Assembly (NCBI GenBank): GCA_034408725.1
Contig: JAWXCN010000032.1
Coordinates: 20,453 to 84,452, forward strand
Reading direction: 5' to 3'
Length of the DNA stretch: 64,000 nt
DNA from: Candidatus Hydrogenedentota bacterium
GTDB taxonomy: Bacteria > Hydrogenedentota > Hydrogenedentia > Hydrogenedentales > SLHB01
The first letter of the stretch is position 1. Each line of letters starts with the position of its first letter. The notes under the pieces were generated by a model. That model was not told where the DNA came from, searched no databases, and saw only the letters and a list, made by a program, of their open reading frames with translations. Shown piece by piece: positions 58,945 through 64,000 of this stretch. A program made the position numbers and the translations under genes.

Positions 58945-60870
58945 ATGGCATCCGAACAGGATTGCAGTTTGAATCCCGAAAATCTAAACACTCCTATTCT
59001 CGACGGGATCAATTCCCCACGCGATTTGAAGTCGCTGAGTATTGACGATCTCAAGGCGCTAGCCCAGGAAATCCGCGACAAGATTATTGCGACCGCGTCG
59101 GTTAACGGCGGTCATTTGGCGCCGCACCTTGGCGTCGTCGATCTCACGATTGCGTTGCACTACGTGTTCGACACGGAATCCGACATGCTCGTGTGGGACG
59201 TCGGCCATCAGTGTTACGCGCACAAACTTCTCACGGGCCGCCGCGACCAGTTGTGTACGATTCGCAAGAAGGGGGGGCTCAGCGGGTACCCGAAACGCAG
59301 CGAAAGCCCGTATGACGTATTTGGTGTGGGCCACAGCTCGACGTCGATCAGCGCCGCGCTCGGCATGGCCGTTGCCCGGGACCTGACCCAACAGGAAGGG
59401 CGGGCCATCGCAGTCATTGGCGATGGCGCGATTACTGCCGGAATGGCGTTTGAAGCCATGAGCAACGCAGGGCACCTGGACAAGGACCTTATCGTTGTTT
59501 TGAACGACAACAATATGTCGATCTCGAAAAATGTCGGCGCGATCTCTGCCTACTTCAACAAACTGATTACGGGCGGGCTATACACGCGAGCCCGCGGCGA
59601 TATGCAGACCTTCATGGAGCGGATGCTTCCCCAACAGCTCACCAAGGCGGCTGAACGTCTCGAACATTCGGTTAAGGGCTTTCTGATGCCCGGCACGATA
59701 TTCGAGGCCTTCGGCCTTCGCTACATCGGCCCGGTTGACGGCCATGACATCGAAACGCTGGTTGAATGCTTCCGCAATATCAAAAAGGGTCATGGCCCCG
59801 TTTTCTTTCATGTGGTGACGAAAAAGGGCAAAGGCTACAGCTACGCGGAAGAAGACCCGCTGACGTACCACGGCGTCCAGGCGTTTGACATTCAGACCGG
59901 GCAATTTCAGTCGTCCGGCGCGTCGTCCGCGCCGACGTTTACGAATGTATTTGCCGACGCGCTAATCGAAGCCGCGCGCAAGGACCCGCGCGTAGTCGCC
60001 ATTACCGCGGCGATGCCAACCGGCACCGGCCTCTCCAAGTTTGAGAAAGAATTTCCAGATCGTTGCTTCGATGTCGGCATCTGCGAACAGCATGCCGTTA
60101 CGTTTGGGGCCGGCCTTGCCACGCAGGGGATGAGGCCGGTGTGCGCCATCTATTCGACGTTTCTTCAACGGGGGTATGATCAACTCATACATGACGTGTG
60201 CCTGCAAAACTTGCCGGTGGTGTTTGCTATCGATCGCGCCGGGGCTGTGGGGGAAGACAGCCCGACCCAACAGGGCGCGTTCGACATTTCGTTCCTGCGG
60301 TTGGTCCCGAACATCAAAGTCGGCGCCCCACGCGACGACGCCGATCTTCGCGCGATGGTCAAGTGGGCGCTCGCCGAACCGGGACCGTCCGCAATCCGGT
60401 ACGCGCGCAGCAAGGCGCCCGCTATCGGCGCGTCCGAAGGGCGCGACATTCTGCACGGGGAAGTATTGCGCGAAGGGGCCGATGCGACCTTGCTCGCAAT
60501 CGGGCCCGTCGTGGGCACGTGCCTTGCCGTCGCGCAAGCGTTGCAGCAGGAGGGCTACGCGATTGCCGTGGCGGATGCGCGATGGATCAAGCCGCTCGAT
60601 ACCGATTTGCTTGACCGGTTGCGTCATGCCCCGATCATTACCGTCGAGGAAAATACGTTGCCCGGTGGGTTCGGGGCCGCGGTGATTGAACATTTCGCGG
60701 ACAGCGGCGCGCTCGACGACCTTCGTATTAAGAGGCTCGGGTTCCCGGATCGATTCCTCGATCATGCGACCCGGGAAGAGCAGCTCGCGGAAATCGGACT
60801 TGATGCCGCAAGCATCGCGGAATCCGTTCGAAGCTATCTCGGCCAACCCGTCGCCCAACCGATATCCTGA
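58945..60870 (+). CDS. dxs: 1-deoxy-D-xylulose-5-phosphate synthase
   Basis: 'GGHLAP.LG', 'WDVGHQCY.HK', 'GHSSTSISA', 'GDGA..AGMAFEA', 'GPVDGH', 'DVGICEQHA', 'IYSTFLQR'; start approximate. Confidence 0.97.
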   Translation: MASEQDCSLNPENLNTPILDGINSPRDLKSLSIDDLKALAQEIRDKIIATASVNGGHLAPHLGVVDLTIALHYVFDTESDMLVWDVGHQCYAHKLLTGRRDQLCTIRKKGGLSGYPKRSESPYDVFGVGHSSTSISAALGMAVARDLTQQEGRAIAVIGDGAITAGMAFEAMSNAGHLDKDLIVVLNDNNMSISKNVGAISAYFNKLITGGLYTRARGDMQTFMERMLPQQLTKAAERLEHSVKGFLMPGTIFEAFGLRYIGPVDGHDIETLVECFRNIKKGHGPVFFHVVTKKGKGYSYAEEDPLTYHGVQAFDIQTGQFQSSGASSAPTFTNVFADALIEAARKDPRVVAITAAMPTGTGLSKFEKEFPDRCFDVGICEQHAVTFGAGLATQGMRPVCAIYSTFLQRGYDQLIHDVCLQNLPVVFAIDRAGAVGEDSPTQQGAFDISFLRLVPNIKVGAPRDDADLRAMVKWALAEPGPSAIRYARSKAPAIGASEGRDILHGEVLREGADATLLAIGPVVGTCLAVAQALQQEGYAIAVADARWIKPLDTDLLDRLRHAPIITVEENTLPGGFGAAVIEHFADSGALDDLRIKRLGFPDRFLDHATREEQLAEIGLDAASIAESVRSYLGQPVAQPIS

Positions 60871-60878
60871 TTCGCGAA

Positions 60879-61859
60879 ATGGTACGCGTAGCGTTAACCG
60901 GCGGTTCCGGCCATCTCGGGGCAAACGTGCTCCGGCACCTGGTCGATCAGGACTATGGCGTGCGCGCCCTCGTACGGCGGGATGCGCGGGCGTTGAAAGG
61001 CGTTAACTGCGAGCGTGTACACGGCAGTGTATTTGATCCAGAACTTCTTGGCGCTGCATTCGCAAACGCCGAAATCGTATTTCATCTCGCGGGAATTGTC
61101 AGCATTACCGCCGATCAGGAAGACCTCGTTTGGCGCACCAACGTCGAAGGCACGCGCAATGTGGTCGAAGCGTGCATTGCGCGAGGTGTGCGGCGCATCG
61201 TCTTTTTCAGTTCGATCCATGCGTTCTCCGCGTTCCCCGCGAACGAACCGATCACGGAGCAACGCGCTTTGGCGGAAGGCGGCGATCTGCCAATCTACGA
61301 TCGCTCCAAGGCAGCGGCCGAACTCGAAGCGCTAAAAGGCTTGGACCGCGGGTTGGAAGTTATCATCGTCAATCCGACCGCGGCGATTGGCCCAAACGAT
61401 TTCAAGCCGTCGCCCATGGGGCGCGTGTTGCTTGATTTGCGCGCGGGACGTTTACCGGCACTGATCCAAGGTGGATTCAATTGGGTGGATTGCAGGGACG
61501 TGAGCATCGGCGCGGAAGCCGCGGCAAGGGTGGGAAAAAGCGGTGAGCGATATCTTCTCGGGGGAAACTACGCGTCGCTCGTGGAAGTTGCGCGCATTGC
61601 CGCGAACATCACTGGCATGCCCGCGCCGCGTTTTGCGACGCCGGTTTGGTTGGCGAAACTGGGGTTGCCATTCGCGGACGTGGCGCGGAAGATTACCGGA
61701 GCGCCGCCGAAATTTACAAAAGAATCTTTGCGGGCTGTCACACATCATCAAACGGTGTGCCACGACAAGGCCGCGCGCGAATTCGGGTATGCGCCGAGGC
61801 CTTTAGATCAGACGATCAAGGATACATACGCTTGGTTTGAGCAATTTCATTACGCCTAG
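60879..61859 (+). CDS. Extended SDR NAD-dependent epimerase/dehydratase (HpnA/DFR-like)
   Basis: 'TGGSGHLG', 'FHLAG', 'NVEGT', 'YDRSK', 'WVDCRDV', 'GERYLLGG'. Confidence 0.88.
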   Translation: MVRVALTGGSGHLGANVLRHLVDQDYGVRALVRRDARALKGVNCERVHGSVFDPELLGAAFANAEIVFHLAGIVSITADQEDLVWRTNVEGTRNVVEACIARGVRRIVFFSSIHAFSAFPANEPITEQRALAEGGDLPIYDRSKAAAELEALKGLDRGLEVIIVNPTAAIGPNDFKPSPMGRVLLDLRAGRLPALIQGGFNWVDCRDVSIGAEAAARVGKSGERYLLGGNYASLVEVARIAANITGMPAPRFATPVWLAKLGLPFADVARKITGAPPKFTKESLRAVTHHQTVCHDKAAREFGYAPRPLDQTIKDTYAWFEQFHYA

Positions 61860-63172
61860 GCCCGCAATCGCTTCGCGAGTGTGAGCGCTTCTTCGGCGGT
61901 TGAAATCCGGCCCTCGAGTTGCGCGTCTTCCACCGAAATAAGAATCTCCTTGAAAACAGGGCCGGGCGTCATCCCCAGGGCAATGAGATCGTTTCCGGTG
62001 ATTAATGGCGTGGGCCGGACAGCGTCCGGCGAAAGATTGGCTATGTATTGTTCGATCCACGTGATGGTGCTGGTGTCGCCGTGGCTGGCTTCACAATCGT
62101 AACGGCCAAGTTTCAACAGTTCATCAAACCCAGGTTCTCGCACGAAGCGTTTTAGTTTGCTTTCCCGCATCTGTGGAGCATGCGCGAGTCGCATGTGCTG
62201 CGCGACCAGCCATACGATGCGATCCGTGTCCGCGTTGGACATACGAAGACGCGTGCAGACTTCTTCGGCTACTTGCGCGCCTACCTTGTCGTGGTTGTTG
62301 AACCGGATCCGGTCTTCAAACGTGATTGTGAGCGGTTTGCCCGCGTCATGGAGCAACGCGCCGAGCGCGAGCGTGGGCGACGCGCCCCGAAGCATATCGG
62401 CGAGAATTATTGTATGCGTAAACACGTCGCCTTCGGGATGAAACTCTTCGGGTTGCGCCACACCTTTCATGCGCGCAATCTCTGGCAACACCTGCGCGAG
62501 CAGGCCCGTCTCGTCCATCAGCGCAATGGCGCGGCCAGCGCCGCCCGATGTCAGCATCTTGATAATCTCATCGCGAATGCGTTCGGCGCTGGTTTTGACC
62601 ACGAGGGATGACATGTCGCGTATCGCGGCTAACGTCGGCGGATCAATTGCGAATCCAAGGCGCGCGGCAAACCGGACGGCGCGCAGCAGGCGCAGATGGT
62701 CTTCCGCAAAACGCGCTTGAGGATCGCCGACTGTGCGGATGATACCGGCATGCAGATCATTTTCGCCATTGACGTAATCGACAACAGAGCCGGTTTTCGG
62801 GTCGAAGAACATCGCGTTGATCGTGAAATCGCGGCGCGCTGCGTCTTCGCGTTCGCCGCAAAACTTCACATGTACGGGGTGCCGGCCGTCTTCGTATGGT
62901 CCATCGCTGCGAAAGGTCGTGACTTCAAACGCGCCTTCGGATTGCAATACGACCATGACGCCGAATGCGGCGCCGATGCTTACGGTTTTCGGAAACAAAT
63001 CGGCAATCTCGTCCGGTGTCGCGCTGGTGGCGATATCGAAATCTTTTGCGGGCTGGCCCAGCAGCATGTCGCGGACACAGCCGCCCGCCAGCAGCGCGCG
63101 ATGTCCGGCGTTCGACAGGGTGGCGCAGATGCGGTTCGCGACTTCCCTTTTCGCATCCATGCGCGCCGTCAC
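61856..63172 (-). CDS. cca: CCA tRNA nucleotidyltransferase / poly(A) polymerase family protein with HD domain
   Basis: 'AGGCVRD', 'KDFDIAT', 'EVTTFR', 'RRDFTINAM', 'EDHLRLLRA.RF', 'HPEGDVFTH', 'LLHDAGK'. Confidence 0.9.
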   Translation of the reverse strand: MTARMDAKREVANRICATLSNAGHRALLAGGCVRDMLLGQPAKDFDIATSATPDEIADLFPKTVSIGAAFGVMVVLQSEGAFEVTTFRSDGPYEDGRHPVHVKFCGEREDAARRDFTINAMFFDPKTGSVVDYVNGENDLHAGIIRTVGDPQARFAEDHLRLLRAVRFAARLGFAIDPPTLAAIRDMSSLVVKTSAERIRDEIIKMLTSGGAGRAIALMDETGLLAQVLPEIARMKGVAQPEEFHPEGDVFTHTIILADMLRGASPTLALGALLHDAGKPLTITFEDRIRFNNHDKVGAQVAEEVCTRLRMSNADTDRIVWLVAQHMRLAHAPQMRESKLKRFVREPGFDELLKLGRYDCEASHGDTSTITWIEQYIANLSPDAVRPTPLITGNDLIALGMTPGPVFKEILISVEDAQLEGRISTAEEALTLAKRLRA

Positions 63173-64000
63173 TTGTGGGCCGCGAGGTGTGGTCCACCGG
63201 GCAGACTACGGTGCGGCAGGATAAACCAGATCGCAAACAACACGGCCAGTAATACCGCCGCGGTGGCCACGAGGACAACCATGCTTCCGCCTGGCACGGC
63301 ACTCCGTTGTATGTACGCAAGCCAGGTAACGGATGCAAGCAAAACGAGGAGGGCAGTCCACCGGAACTGTGGGTCAACCAGCAAGACGCACGCGCCGATC
63401 CACGCGAACGCATGCGCGAATACGAGGACCGTTCGCCATCCCGGCGGTGTGGCCAGTGATAGCGTTCCCGCGCCCAGACCGCCCGCGATTAACAGCGCCA
63501 CGACCTGTGCGGCGTGTTCGGTGGGGCCGAGCGGGTTTTCGCTTTCGCGCCGCCAGAAAAAGGATCGTTCGACGGCTATGCACGCGGCGGCTTGCGCCAG
63601 CAACATCGGCCACAGCCACGCATGCTGCGCCAATGCGGACCCGGTTTGGTTCAGCGTGTAGAACCAAACGCCTGCTCCTACTGCCAACGCGGTAACCGCG
63701 CTGAATTTGAGGCCCGTTGCGCGCAGCGCCACGCCCAATCCCGCCAGAACGAGGGCGAGCGCGGCCAAGGCAACAGAGGCCTGGGATTGGCCGGCGTAGC
63801 GATAAACGATTGCTGCCGCGGACCCGGTTGCGATGATGTAGGGCACTGCGGCACTGGCGTGATAATCCGTGCTGCGGCCCCCACTGATGCGCGCCAGAAA
63901 ACGTTCGCCCCGGTATCCGCCGACGAACGTGTACGCGGCGAGCAACAGCGTGTACGCGGTGAAATACGGTTGCTCCGCGAATCCTTCTTTGCCGGTATAC
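63169..64000 (-). CDS. Polytopic membrane protein, 5'-truncated by the window edge
   Basis: Frame open to the window end; many hydrophobic helices; GTGA overlap with cca. Confidence 0.7.
   Translation of the reverse strand, partial: YTGKEGFAEQPYFTAYTLLLAAYTFVGGYRGERFLARISGGRSTDYHASAAVPYIIATGSAAAIVYRYAGQSQASVALAALALVLAGLGVALRATGLKFSAVTALAVGAGVWFYTLNQTGSALAQHAWLWPMLLAQAAACIAVERSFFWRRESENPLGPTEHAAQVVALLIAGGLGAGTLSLATPPGWRTVLVFAHAFAWIGACVLLVDPQFRWTALLVLLASVTWLAYIQRSAVPGGSMVVLVATAAVLLAVLFAIWFILPHRSLPGGPHLAAHK

Noticed and set aside
60879-61859. Hopanoid biosynthesis cluster (dxs plus hpnA-like gene)
   Set aside because: No shc or hpnCDE nearby; extended SDRs of this type are widespread

Overview
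Bacterial genomic window, GC-rich by eye (roughly 60%), gene-dense, with about 50 CDS. I saw no rRNA, tRNA, CRISPR array, integrase or transposase. Several DUF1559/H-X9-DG pseudopilin-like proteins ('[17 protein letters not shown]') and Tat-exported glycan enzymes suggest a Ca. Hydrogenedentota- or PVC-like host (inference only). Housekeeping genes include mnmA, nnrE, apt, a sigma-70 factor, tadA, kdsB, dxs and cca. Two loci stand out. (1) 14520-24839: FAAL + ACP-KS-AT-KR-ACP-sulfotransferase-TE + a paralogous free TE + Sfp-type PPTase. This is the domain order of cyanobacterial Ols/CurM olefin synthases, but with NRPS-type thioesterases and a PpsA/Pks13-like loading ACP, so the product may be a sulfated lipid. 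(2) 49594-54359: an AT-richer, translationally coupled three-gene operon encoding an SPPY DNA methyltransferase, a protein kinase fused to an ORC/Cdc6/STAND-like ATPase, and a tandem CARF-like protein. It has no restriction nuclease, lies next to a decayed toxin-antitoxin pair and GTAG-type REPs, and is a candidate undescribed anti-phage system. Also present: a polyol-phosphate cluster followed by an FGGY kinase and a sphingosine-1-phosphate-lyase-like gene, a kdsB/DHS-like/SSS-importer operon, a gene frameshifted by an apparent microhomology deletion, probable leaderless genes, and at least five distinct families of intergenic palindromic or hexamer repeats. All family calls come from reading motifs by eye; no searches were run.
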